A stretch of DNA of 63,868 nt, filler included, from Octopus bimaculoides (taxonomy: Eukaryota): the NCBI RefSeq assembly GCF_001194135.2. It is 6 parts of 6 records of this genome, joined end to end, with 100 filler letters (N's around TTAATTAATTAA, not from the genome) between each part and the next. Parts side by side here need not be neighbours in the genome. Positions count along the whole stretch, not along the records: positions 1 to 24,360 come from NC_068997.1; 5 more parts are not named here. One strand, 5' to 3'. Below, in pieces: positions 1 through 12,674 of this stretch. Position numbers and translations under genes: made by a program. Under the pieces are notes generated by a model. The model was not told where the DNA came from and searched no databases. It worked only from the letters and a program-made list of their open reading frames with translations. The stretch's first letter is position 1. The number at the start of each line of letters is the position of its first letter.

Positions 1-170
1 AATGTTTAGTGGTACTTCGCCCGTCGCTACGTTCTGAGCTCAAATTCCGCCGAGGTCGACTTTGCTTTTCATCCTTTCGGGGTCGATAAATTAAGTACCA
101 GTTGTGTACTGGGTCGGCCTAATCGACTGGCTCCCTTCCCACAAATTTCAGGCCTTGTGAAAGGATTATT
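1..170 (+). mobile_element. tRNA-derived SINE, 3' portion (family with core GGTCGACTTTGCYTTTCATCCTTTCGGGGTCGATAAA...AAGTACCAGTT)
   Basis: The core motif recurs at about 1190-1260, 8550-8620, 44640-44720 (-), 46335-46400 and 63700-63760. It resembles the Meta-type SINE central domain from memory, which needs a Dfam/Repbase check. Confidence 0.75.
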
Positions 171-540
171 ACCTCTGCCTTAGCAAAGGCTGAGGTATTG
201 TTTTCAGTCGTATTTGTTTTTTGTTTGGAAAAGATATCTCAAGAACCGCTGGATGGATTCGGATGAAACTTTCCGGGATGTTTGACCTCGTGACTGGCAC
301 GAACTGATTAGATTTTAGGATCGATCCGGTACCGGACAAGGATTCTGGATTATTTTTCCGGTTTTTTTTTTTTACTTAATTTTTGAGAGCGGTCAGGTTC
401 ATTTTTAGTATTCTCTTTTGTGAGAGCAGTCGAGTTTATTTCAGATATTCTCATTTTAAAAATCATCTCTGGCTAATCATTGAGAGGACGTTGGTTTTGC
501 CTTGGCGGAAGTTTGTGCTATCAGAGTACTCTTGTTACTT
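168..540. mobile_element. Non-autonomous Helentron/Helitron-like element (HINE-like)
   Basis: Starts TTACCTCTGCCTTAGCAAAGGCTGAGG and ends GCCTTGGCGGAAGTTTGTGCTATCAGAGTACTCTTGTT. Subterminal inverted CCTCYGCC/GGCGGARG motifs and the end layout are typical of HINE/DINE-like elements; assigned by resemblance. Confidence 0.5.
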
Positions 541-1129
541 ATTGTAACGCTACCAATACACTTTTCCCAACTCTAAGCACTTGACTTCTTTTTTTTTATC
601 TATTCTATCGATCCCTGAAAGATGACAGGAAATTTACGATCTATGCAAGAATAGTAGCAGTTTGTCCCTCAAACCGTTTCTTCCTCGCCAATTAATCTAA
701 TTAATTGATTAGTTGTTCCAAATATAGATTCATCTAAAACCATTCAGAATCAATCACTTTCGATTTTATCTCACTATCTTAAACTTTGCTTAATTATGAT
801 TTTGTGAATTAAAAAAGTTAAATCTGTTATTGAAGTCCCCCTCTACCTGTTTCTTTCCCTCTCTTACTTTCTCTCCCTCCCTCTCCCTCTCCCTCTCTGG
901 CAGTCTCCCCAGAGAAGACAGTATAATTGTCGTGAAACATTTTACGGTATTCCAGCGTGTAAACCTCTCTACATCCATGTTTTTAACCATGTCTACAAAC
1001 TGGATCGGTCATGGCAATATGTCTTTCTTATTTAACAACAATTTTAAAATATCAATAACGTTAAACTACACTTTTAATTTTCAAACTATGGCAAGAGACC
1101 ATTGTTGTCATTATTTTTATTAGTAGGGT

Positions 1130-1320
1130 GGTGAAGACGGACAAAACGCATTGCGGCATTTCTTTTGACTCTGTGCTCTGAGTTCAAATTCCACCACCGA
1201 TACACTTTGCCTTTCATCCATTCGACAGCGCTAAAATACGTACCAGTTGTCCACTGAGGTTTATGGAATCAACTGACCCCATTCCCTTAAGCTTGCTGGC
1301 CTTGTGCTAAAACTTAAAAC
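1130..1320 (+). mobile_element. tRNA-derived SINE, diverged copy (same family as 1-170)
   Basis: GAGTTCAAATTCC B-box-like motif followed by CTTTGCCTTTCATCC...TACCAGTT...GGCCTTGTGC, colinear with 1-170. Confidence 0.65.
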
Positions 1321-3076
1321 ATCGGTGGTAGATTGGCAGGACCATTACTGCATCGGAGAAAATTCCTTGTGCTATTTGTTTCCATTCTTGAACTTCTGTG
1401 TGTATATCAGACGCCGAAGACAGTTTTGCATTTCATCATTCTGGGGCCTCTAAAGTATCAGTCAAGCACAAAACCCCTCTCACAAATTTGCTGTAAATCA
1501 TTATTATTAGCACTATTATGTGACCGAAGTCAGAGTTTTGGGATTTCCTTGTGCCACATTCTTTACAATGACATTTGCTGATCAACCTCAGGCCTTCACT
1601 TCAAAAAGTTGTCAGGTTCAAAATGGTAAGGAAAAGGCTATTGTTTGTGTTTTGATTTTAATATTAAGAACACATTGCAATTGAGACGTCAGATGTCAGT
1701 TGTGTCAACTCGTTATTTTAGTGGCAAATATTTCAGAAATTTTTTTTTTAATTAAATTTTATACTTCATTCTAAGCATAACAAAAAACAAAACAAAAAAA
1801 AAACAGGTGGGATTGGGAAGGAAATGTAAATAACTAAACCTAAATATTAGAAATATAATTTTGTTAAGTTGGGAATAAACAAGCTGGATTAGTCACCAGT
1901 TGCAATATTGAGCAGCCACTGCATTGCAAAGAGCAACAGGATTTGAATGATCGGGAAAAAAACGGATGCTACTGCAACAACTACTGTTGCTACAAGCACA
2001 AATTAGGGGCGTGGAGATACACATATTAGTTGGATTTTTATTACTTTGGGGGAGAGGTGGTATTTGAACGGCAAACTAACAAAAATCCACCACCACCACC
2101 ACCACACCTTTTTTTTTTTTAATATTTGATGTTAGATGAAATACATGTTCATAACATCAAATCAGATTAAAGCCTATTATTATAGTGTTTTTTTTTTATT
2201 AACAAGCTGTTCTTCCTACAGGGACGTTTTCATTTCACATTATTTTACAAGTTTTTTTCTTTTCCTTATTTTCTTTTATTTTTTTAGTGCCCGTTTTCGC
2301 TTACTCGATTCTATGAAATTCCTCACCGTTTTATTTATTTTTTATTTTTTGGATTTGTTTTTGTAATATCCTTTCTTCCATCGACCCTGAAGCAAATAAA
2401 GAAACAAATCATTGTTTTTATTGTTATAATATTTTAATTTTTATTATTATTACTTCAACTAACAAATACTTCCAGTGATGTTCTTGTCCTTGCTTTGTTT
2501 TTAATACTTTTTATTGTTGATGTACAATATTCCTTAAAAAAAAAAAAAAGAGGCGTAACTCAGTCGAATGCAACAATAAATTTCTGGCTGATACTCGGAG
2601 CGATCCAGCTGGTGGCCCTCTCCGGACAGCATTTCTCCCTACTGGTCACTCTATCATAGACCTTTTCAGAAAGGTAGCTGGTCACTTTATACACCGACCC
2701 TAACCGAATTTCATTCCCTAGAATTTCCACTCCCCCTCTCTTTATTCATCTCTCTCCCCTTCTCTTTTTCTCTCTCTCATCATTCTTTTCCTAACCTTCA
2801 TCTTTTTTCTCTTCCTCCCTTTACTGAGTCACAACGAGAAGCCCAATTGATTATTTTTTCCACCCTTACGATGAAGATGCATCGCGAATGTATTCACATT
2901 CGCGAGTGGATAAGTTATTTTGGTTGAGTAACAGTCGCTCTCCAAGTGACACATGCCCTTACATACACACGGATGCAAGAAAGAGCATCACACATCAGCG
3001 TGCGTGGGAACACATACAAAATAGTACGCACACATGCGCGTGTGCACGCGTGCACACACGCAAAAAGCCTTGCCTT

Positions 3077-3136
<60 letters not shown>

Positions 3137-3300
3137 GTCGTTTGAATCACTGGGAAATTTCCTCCATCTCTTGAACTGCGAGTTCCTCTTTTGGTTGTGG
3201 CACAGAAGGGATGAAGGGGAGAAAGCTGGGCAACGACCTCTCGTCTGGTGTAAATGGAAGTTAGCTGTACGAGCTGTGCATAAGGTCGTCGTGGATGAGA

Positions 3301-3420
3301 ACAGCAGCAGCAAGGGTTGAATAGCCAGCACCAGTAGCATCATCCCTGATGGGCAGCACCAGCAGCAGTGTCAGCAGCAACGGCGGCAACAGCAGCAGCA
3401 ACAGCAGCAGCAGCAGCCAG
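3301..3420 (+). repeat. Imperfect (CAG/CAA)n trinucleotide tract upstream of the candidate promoter
   Basis: Runs of CAGCAGCAG and CAACAGCAG are visible directly. Confidence 0.85.
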
Positions 3421-3449
3421 TGCTATAGAAGTACTGCCAAACGATACGC

Positions 3450-3580
3450 TCCCCGCCCGTTCTCCGCGCACACCTGTGATTGGCAGGTGACAGTCTCCGC
3501 CTGTTTTGAAATCTATTGTGTTTATCGGGCAAAAAAATAGGAGAAACTCAGAGCCTTTTTCAACTAATGATCAGTTAGTT
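3450..3580 (+). promoter_or_regulatory. Candidate core/proximal promoter: GC box, E-boxes, Pbx/Prep-type decamer, Meis site, Inr
   Basis: CCCCGCCC 3451-3458; CACCTG 3471-3476; TGATTGGCAG 3477-3486 (contains reverse CCAAT); CAGGTG 3484-3489; TGACAG 3488-3493; TCAGTT (invertebrate Inr TCAKTY) 3571-3576. The region is CpG-retaining and lies about 230-350 nt upstream of a signal-peptide ATG. Confidence 0.5.
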
Positions 3581-3799
3581 ATTAAGTTTATCATTGGTAG
3601 ACTACATGTTGAAACGTCATAAAAGGCGCCAGTAGTTGGCAGCAAATAGGGTTCAATTGACTCCACCTGAACCGCGACTGCTCTGTTTTCATTGTTTAGG
3701 GAACATTGTGCTTTTCCCGCGCTTTTTTCACCATTAGACTTTTCGACGGCACTCTCCCTGGCTTGCGTTAGCGTCTTACTGAAGTGGATGTAGCCGATC

Positions 3800-4133
3800 A
3801 TGGGAGACAAGGGAACTTTATTACCAGCTCTGTTTACCATGCTATTAGCTCTGGTGGCGGGGACCAAGGAGGATAGAGCCGCTAATAAGACGCTTCGACA
3901 TTCACCGATGACCACTACCACTGCCACCACGGCTAGCACCCGTATTGGTGCCCGGGGTAACAATGCAAGCATGGTTGGGCTCTCGGAGCCGGCTACTACG
4001 TCACAACCGGAGCACGTACACGCACCAAACTATATTTACCATGGTGGTGTTTTGATTGACTATAATGTTTTTTACAACATGACCTACGGTCAAAATACAA
4101 GCATCGAACCTACATGGAGTTCACCTTATAGAG
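3800..4133 (+). CDS. First coding exon of an unidentified secreted or membrane protein (signal peptide + S/T-rich ectodomain)
   Basis: ATG in good context (A at -3, G at +4). MGDKGTLLPALFTMLLALVAG is a hydrophobic signal-like N-terminus, followed by a Thr/Ser-rich stretch and four N-x-S/T sequons (NKT, NAS, NMT, NTS). Non-repetitive coding-like sequence ends at a consensus donor GAG|GTAAGT (4134), phase 1, right before a (CT)n tract. Confidence 0.8.
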
Positions 4134-4187
4134 GTAAGTCCTTGACAAACATCTCCCCACTCTCTCTCCCCTTCTCTCTCCCCCTTC

Positions 4188-4224
<37 letters not shown>

Positions 4225-4504
4225 CCCCTTCGTTCTCTTCCTTACTTAATACTGGTTACCAATTACAATCGGACGCCTCCCTCAACTGCACGTCGGCTGG
4301 GTTCAATACTCGTTCACATTCTAAACTTCTATTTTGGTTTAAAGGTCATGAGAGGTCATCTGATGAACACCATCCTCAAGAGAGGCTTACTAATTTACAC
4401 ACGGATAATAATATACACAGACGTATATACACATGTGTGTGGGAATGTATACACACACACACATGTACGCATGTATGTACGTATATATAAATATACATAC
4501 ATAC

Positions 4505-4558
<54 letters not shown>

Positions 4559-6593
4559 GCTCACACTGATAACCATTTTGTAAAGTTTCTTCTCTCGTTT
4601 TTGTTATTGATTTTCTTCTGTCTTTTTTTGTTTTTAATAATTATATCAATTTAATAACAATTTTATTTATTCTTTTATTTCACACNNNNNNNNNNATATA
4701 TGTTCTTAAATGTTGAATTTACTATGTCAGTTTATATTTGTTGAATACTGTGTTGTGTGTACCATCAGCCGGTACATCTGGCACGTGACTCTAATGATTT
4801 TGTGTTCCGTCTGAATCAAGAAATAATTTTTTTGTACATGTGCTTTTAGATCGACAACTGAAAAACTAAATATTAACGCTATGTCAATAATTTGCCATAA
4901 CTAACCAAACCTTCTTTCTCCGATGCTGATATGTACGATCTAGGTTCAATTCCAACTATGGATATTATACACCCAATTTTGCTGTTATTATCTCCAAGAC
5001 ATACATGAATGTGACAAGTTATATTTCCACCGCAAAATGAGTGAATGTGTTTGGATTGGTTGTGTGTCTAGTGACTTTTTTTACATTTTGTTTTTCATTT
5101 TTGCATTCGTATCTAATCGAGTGAATGGCTTTTAAAAAAAATATTCTTATTTGTTGCACATTAAATAACGTTAATTAATGTACCTTTGATCAAAACATTA
5201 CCAATCAAACTATGTCTCAGCTGATTGGGAAAAAAGAGAGAAAATAAACTCGTGAATAACAACTTAGAGACACTCTAGCTGGTCAATCGATTAGCTAGAA
5301 AGAGCGCCCACATTACCTTCAACTCACTTCTTAAAATCTTCAGGCAGTAAGGATACATTGGACAATGCAACTCTGGATATACAAAAAGACGGGATGGTCA
5401 TGGTATGAATGGGTTTAATCAGAGATGTGCTTGATCAAGGTTGACTTGTGGAAGAACTACACCAACAATTACAACATCAACAACATCAACAACAGCTACA
5501 ACAGCATCGAAATTTATATTCCCAAAATACACGAAGCACGTATAAACAAAAACACATACGGACCAACAACAAAATCTCTAAGTGGTCACACATCGTGCAA
5601 GGAATAGCAGCCAAATGTGCCTCAAATCAAGGACACGTTAGATAGTTTAATTCTAGTTACACAGTAATTTTGGGGAAAGAAGGATGAATAGTCATAGCTG
5701 GAACGCCTTTGACCACAGGTCGGGTCAAGGCTGACCGCTGACTAAACAGCAACAACAAGAGCAACAACAACATGGAGTCGTAGGATCAGAGAGGATTGGT
5801 TGTTCCACTTGATTTCCCACAGTTTTTAGCTTCGTCCATCTCTGTTCTGTGTTCGATCCGTTCCAGCGTCGATAAAATACGTGACAGATATGTAACTCAG
5901 GATCGAGCCTGCTGAGTGTGACCTTAGAACCACGGGGCTTCCAGTTTCATTGGGCCTGAAAATATTATTAATGAAGGCAATACCGTAATTTGACAGACAA
6001 GCAATGTTCAGGGATCAGTTGTGTGTGCGTGTGTATGTCAAAACGTGAATGCATGAATATCACACACATACACACACACATATATATATATTTATAAGCA
6101 AACACAAACAAACGTAAATGTATGCCTGTATATATTTATATACATATATATTTATACGTATACATACACACACACATATACATATATATATATATGTGTG
6201 TGTGTAAACCAATTAATCACTTTCCTGAGTTTGGACACACTGTAAATAGCTATACGATACTGTTATTTCTGTGATCAGCAAAAAAAACAAAAAGAATAAC
6301 CTATCCCTGATGATGAAACGATAAAAGTCACTGAAACCAATCCGACCAATCTTTTTTCTGGTCACAGAACGAAAACAAACGAAAAGAAAAAGAAAAAAAA
6401 AACTTGTGCATTAAGCAGAGTTTCCACTTTTTCTTTTGGAGCTGAACGAAAAAAGTATGTTTAATGAACTATACATCAGTAAGGCTTCTTTACATCGCTA
6501 TAAAAAAAAAAGAAAAAAAAAGAAAAAAAAGTATGTAATGCTTCCGATAATTAAGCATAGATAAATGTTGTGTATATGTATGTGCGTATTAAT

Positions 6594-6651
<58 letters not shown>

Positions 6652-6802
6652 TGTGTGTGTGTGTGTGTGTGAGTGTGTGTGTGTGTATACATACACACAT
6701 GCATGTACATATATTTGTATATATATGTATGTGTGTGTGCGAATATGTGTGCGTGTGTATGTACGAGTGTGTTTGTATGTATGTATATGTATGAGTGTAT
6801 GC

Positions 6803-6852
<50 letters not shown>

Positions 6853-8440
6853 ATGTATGAAATTAAAAAAACTATGCAAGTATAACGACTAGTAGAGCTG
6901 GTTTTCCCTTGAAGAGCCATCATGTGCCGTGGACGGAGAGGGGGGCACGTGTGCCGTTGACAGGGTTTCAGACGGTCTCGTATAGTCTCCGTCCCTAAAC
7001 TTACTCCTCACTCGCTAGTAAAGCACGTGTGTTGGCCCGGCCAGGCTCACCTCTTCCTCATCCTTTCCCATTGGCTGCAGCTTCCCCTTCAAGTGTACCA
7101 TTGAAGTATTTCTTCTCGCCAAAAACCCACGTGTATTTCGTATATACATTACACCTCACTTGTACGCAACACACACGCACACGCACACACTCTCATACAT
7201 GCATACATACATGCATACGCATATACAAACACACTCACACAAATGTGTACACAACTCTATACATACTTCATGTTGGCGTATGATGTGTGTGTGTGTATGC
7301 GTGTGTCTCTGTGCATGTGCAACCACGTGTATATTGTATACAAGCAAATATATACTCACATACACACGCACTTGAACATTAATTTACGCACACGTGTCAT
7401 GCGCCATATCTCTATCCCTCAGTCTTTCCCCCTCTCTCACTCGGTCTCTCTCTAGCTCCCTCTATATCTGTCTATCTATCTTTATATATATATATATATA
7501 TATATATATNNNNNNNNNNNNNNNNNNNNNNNNNNNNNNNNNNNNNNNNNNNNNNNNNNNNNNNNNNNNNNNNNNNNNNNNNNNNNNNNNNNNNNNNNNN
7601 NNNNNNNNNNNNNNNNNNNNNNNNNNNNNNNNNNNNNNNNNNNNNNNNNNNNNNNNNNNNNNNNNNNNNNNNNNNNNNNNNNNNNNNNNNNNNNNNNNNN
7701 NNNNNNNNNNNNNNNNNNNNNNNNNNNNNNNNNNNNNNNNNNNNNNNNNNNNNNNNNNNNNNNNNNNNNNNNNNNNNNNNNNNNNNNNNNNNNNNNNNNN
7801 NNNNNNNNNNNNNNNNNNNNNNNNNNNNNNNNNNNNNNNNNNNNNNNNNNNNNNNNNNNNNNNNNNNNNNNNNNNNNNNNNNNNNNNNNNNNNNNNNNNN
7901 NNNNNNNNNNNNNNNNNNNNNNNNNNNNNNNNNNNNNNNNNNNNNNNNNNNNNNNNNNNNNNNNNNNNNNNNNNNNNNNNNNNNNNNNNNNNNNNNNNNN
8001 NNNNNNNNNNNNNNNNNNNNNNNNNNNNNNNNNNNNNNNNNNNNNNNNNNNNNNNNNNNNNNNNNNNNNNNNNNNNNNNNNNNNNNNNNNNNNNNNNNNN
8101 NNNNNNNNNNNNNNNNNNNNNNNNNNNNNNNNNNNNNNNNNNNNNNNNNNNNNNNNNNNNNNNNNNNNNNNNNNNNNNNNNNNNNNNNNNNNNNNNNNNN
8201 NNNNNNNNNNNNNNNNNNNNNNNNNNNNNNNNNNNNNNNNNNNNNNNNNNNNNNNNNNNNNNNNNNNNNNNNNNNNNNNNNNNNNNNNNNNNNNNNNNNN
8301 NNNNNNNNNNNNNNNNNNNNNNNNNNNNNNNNNNNNNNAAAAAAAAATAATAATAATCGACTAAAAACTCTTCAAAGCACTACCCCCACTCTGGCCGCAG
8401 TCTAATGACTGAAACAAGTAATATACATACAGACATATAT

Positions 8441-8480
8441 ATCATCATCATCATCATCATCATCATCATTATTATTATTA

Positions 8481-8530
<50 letters not shown>

Positions 8531-8756
8531 AAGGGCGGCGAGCACACCGGGCGAACTTTGCCATTTATCCTTTCGAGGGTCTATAAACTAAATACCAGCT
8601 GCATACTGCGGTCGATCTAATCGACTGCCCCCACCACACCTCCCCGCAAAAATGTCGGGCCTTGTGCCTTGAGTAGAAAAAAAGAAAAGATTATTATTAT
8701 CATTACTATTATTATTATTATTATTATTATTATTATCATTATTATCATTATTATTA

Positions 8757-8808
<52 letters not shown>
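8441..8808. repeat. (ATC)n/(ATT)n microsatellites flanking a SINE fragment
   Basis: Direct reading; these tracts produce the poly-Ile ORFs in the track. Confidence 0.9.
8530..8690 (+). mobile_element. SINE fragment with internal deletion (family of 1-170)
   Basis: AAGGGCGGCGAGC head joined to CTTTGCCATTTATCCTTTCGAGGGTC...ATACCAG...GGGCCTTGTGCC, then an (ATT)n tail. Confidence 0.6.
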
Positions 8809-9132
8809 GTTTCGCCTCTCTCTGACATTAAGGATGTTCAGCTGCTTGCGATGCGACAAACAAAACATTAAAGTAATACGACGACAGGGAAGAAGACGTT
8901 GTCTTTGCTGAACGGCAAAGATATTTCCATTGAACGCTCGAAACCTCGCCTCTCTCTCTGCTCTGCCCTATCCTCATTACATTATCATCCACTCTATTCA
9001 CAAACGCTTCTTTCATTATCTTATTCATTTTTTCTTTTTTCTTCTCTCATTCTCTCTTTCTTTCTCGCCTTCTTTCTGTCATTTTTCTTTCTTCCTTTTA
9101 ATACGTGAGTACACACACACACACACACACAC

Positions 9133-9180
<48 letters not shown>

Positions 9181-9877
9181 ATGAAACTGTAACTATCTAA
9201 GTATATAGATTTATGCATATATTTGAGTGTGTGTGTGTGTATACATCTGTTTGCGTCTATATATGTATGTATGTGCGTGTGTGTGTGTGTGTTTACGGGA
9301 TGTTCCCCGACCCATCTCGATATGCATTATAAATTGTTAACCAATATGTTCAGCCATGCATACATAGATGCAATTATGGATATATATCGATGCATGTATG
9401 TATGTATGTATTATGCATGTATGTATGTATATATGCGTGTGTGTGTGTGCGTGTGTGTGTCTGCGTGTGTGTGTGTGTGTCTGCATGTATGTATTTATGC
9501 ATGTGTATGCATAAATATATTATATATTTGTGTGTATATTTTAGGAAACTTATACGCGTGCAATGTGCAATGTGCAATGTGGGTGCTAATATTCATGCTG
9601 CATTTCATTGCCGCTATGAAATCGCATTTGCGCGTGTGTCTATGTGCACACGTGTGTACGCGTGTGTGCTTGTGTGAATATGTATGTGTATATGTGTGTA
9701 TGTTTTATGTATGTGTGTATGTATGTGTGTGTGTATGTATGTATACGCCCTTTTCACTAACGGCATTTTAATGGCGTTGTGTTAATCATGAAGCTGTTAC
9801 ACACACACACACACAAGCTGTTACACATACACACACATGCGTACATACAAACGTACACACATACATAAACACACATA

Positions 9878-9908
<31 letters not shown>

Positions 9909-10000
9909 GTACGCACACGCACAAAACATGAGCACACAAACAAGCGTGCGATAGACGACAACATAGATGCACGCACAGAACACACGGACACATGAATACA

Positions 10001-10033
<33 letters not shown>

Positions 10034-10220
10034 CCAACACCTCAAACATACACGAAAACAATGACATCATCATCATCATCACCATCGTCCGCATCATCAT
10101 GATCATCATCATCACCACACCCACGCCATCCCCATCGTCATCCCCAAGACGAACAACATCACCGTATCCCATCACCATAACCGACAGCCGCCGTAGCATG
10201 TCATTACCACAACCACTACC

Positions 10221-10253
<33 letters not shown>

Positions 10254-11126
10254 CTCCATGACACTGCCAAAAGGAGACCAGCCAAACTACCATCAGCATT
10301 ATCTCCTACCACCGCAACCACACACACACACACACACACACGTTTGTCCATTTTGGGGGAGTTGATATATTTTTTGTGTGTGTGTGCGTGTGTGTTTTTC
10401 GTTTTCCTTCTTTAATCTCGAAATTAGTCTTGTACAGATGTTAGGTTTCAGGGACAGAAGCGATCGAGCACGTGCTCCGTTGGAGCCCCACGTTGGAGTC
10501 GCGGTGGTTGTTTGGAGTAGAGTGAGGGACTGCATTCAGTGAGACACTGGGGCCTCTGCGATGTCACCACAACTTCAATAGCTTCAACCAGATCAATCCC
10601 ACATTAATCTCTTTCACCCTTTCTTCAATGGACTTGTTTTGTTTTGTCCCTCCCCCCACTCCAAACACTCCACTTTACTTTCTCTTTCTTTCACTCTCTC
10701 TCATTCACTCCCCCCGCTCTCTCTCTCTCTCTTCCTCTCTCTCTCTCACTTTCTCTCTCTCACTTTCTCTCTTTCTCTTTCTCTTTAACATTCTTCTCTA
10801 TATTTCACCCCCGAAATCTATAACCTTCTTTTGTTTCCTCTTTCCCTCCCTCCCTTACTCTCGATCTTTCTCTTTCTTTCTTTCCCTACCCCCTCTAGAC
10901 ATCATTTTTTTATGTATTTATGTATTTATTTTTATATTCATCCATTTTTATTTTCTTAAAGTTACAACTCTTCTGTCCTGTTCAGGAATTATTTGACAGG
11001 ACGAATGTATATATGTATACACACACACACACATATGTATATACACATATATATGTACATGCTCACGTGTGTGCGTGCGTGTCAGTGTGCATGTACATAT
11101 GCCTTTAAATATATATGTGTGTGTGT

Positions 11127-11163
<37 letters not shown>

Positions 11164-11382
11164 TGTGTGTGTACACATGTATGTATATGCATGTATGTTT
11201 GAATGTATAATATATACTTAGATACATATATACGCACATGCAGATGTAGAGAGATATACATATACACACACATATACACACACCCTCACAGATGATTGTG
11301 TATATGCGTGTGTGTGTTCACAATCAAAGAGATAAGACTTTCTTACCTTCCACTTGAGAAGGCTGCGTTTAATATACACACT

Positions 11383-11414
<32 letters not shown>

Positions 11415-11439
11415 CATACATACACACACCCATGTATAT

Positions 11440-11482
<43 letters not shown>

Positions 11483-12104
11483 TACGCTTATACGTATACA
11501 AAACGTACCCGTACATCTTCCTTATACGACATGAACAAAAAGAGAAAAGAAACTCCTGCAATAAACTTAGAGAATCCCTCTTTTATTGAAAACAGACATC
11601 AACATCAACGCAAGGAATCCTGCTGAAACATTCCCACCAAAACTTGTGACATTGGTATAAGCTTGGTTAAGAGAAATGTTAACATCTTTTTCTCGTAAAA
11701 TGCGAATCTAGTGTCGTCTTTGTAAAGAAATAATGCAACCGAAAGGCAATGTGACTAGATAAGGTACAGAGTGAGTACTGAGTAAAAGTGTCTTCCAAAC
11801 CTTATAATACCAATAGTGAAACTCTCTTGACGGTTGTTACAAAATTGCCGAACGGGAAATCAACCTAGGGCAGTGCCGATAATCGATTGTTGATATAGAA
11901 AGCTCACATTCAACTGGGCAACCCACTTTAATTTGTTCAAAAGAATACTGAATACTGAGATTACTATATCCGACAGGTTGGCAGTTTACGTATACAACAA
12001 TACGTGACTGCAGTAGCTAAAAACTAGGAGACAGATGTGACCAAAAGCTACAGGCCAACAACGTGCTTGAATGTGAGGTATAAATAATATTTAGGTTGCT
12101 AAAA

Positions 12105-12674
12105 TACGAGGGTGAGTCAAAAACTAATGCCATTTTGTTTAGGACAGGTATAATTACCAACACAGGAACATGTATCATACATCAAAATGAAGCTGGTCCT
12201 CTGTGGATCACATCCCTACTTCCCAACATAGTCACCGTTTCTCTCAATAGCAATGTTCCACCTTCGAATGAGAGCATGTATCCCTGCCCCATAAAATTCT
12301 GTTGACTGTTCTTGGAGCCACTTCTTCTCTACAGTTTCACTTCCTCGTCACTGGAGTCAGGTTTGCCTCTCAAACCCTCTTTCATGGGGCCGAAGAGATG
12401 ATAGTCTGAAGGCGCTAAATTATTCCAGTGGCGAGGAAGTGAAAACTGTAATGAAGAAGTGGCTCAAAGAACAAGCAACAGAATTTTACGGGCAAGATTA
12501 CATGCTCTCATTCGAAGGTGGAACATTGCTATTGAGAGAAACGTTGACTATACTGAGAAATAGGGATGTGATCCACAGAGGACCAGCTTCATGTTGATGT
12601 ATGATACATGTTCCTGTGTTGGTAATTACACCTGTCCTAAACAAAATGGAATTATTTTTTAACTCACCTTCGTA
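12105..12674. mobile_element. Non-autonomous mariner derivative, fold-back of the transposase 3' end, TA target duplication
   Basis: TA|CGAGGGTGAGT...ACTCACCTTCG|TA. Arms about 12107-12357 and 12423-12672 are inverted copies. The right arm encodes a mariner C-terminus (SGEEVKTVMKKWLKEQATEFY...LIRRWNIAIERNVDYTEK*). Confidence 0.85.

Noticed and set aside
2915-3972. Minus-strand ORFs 2915-3343 and 3571-3972 with hydrophobic starts
   Set aside because: The first runs through a (GA)n tract and the second is antisense to the better-supported exon; neither has independent coding or splice evidence.
5130-5780. Repeat-like block ending in (CAA)n, possibly a LINE 3' end
   Set aside because: It looks like dispersed-repeat sequence, but no clade-diagnostic peptide could be recovered by eye.
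10060-10320. His-rich (HHHHHRPHHHDHHHHH...) and Pro/Thr-rich readings, Asp-rich on the minus strand
   Set aside because: Degenerate (CAT)/(CAC)/(CAA) repeat mosaic between (CA)n blocks, with no splice signals or credible start; the His frame stops after about 40 codons.
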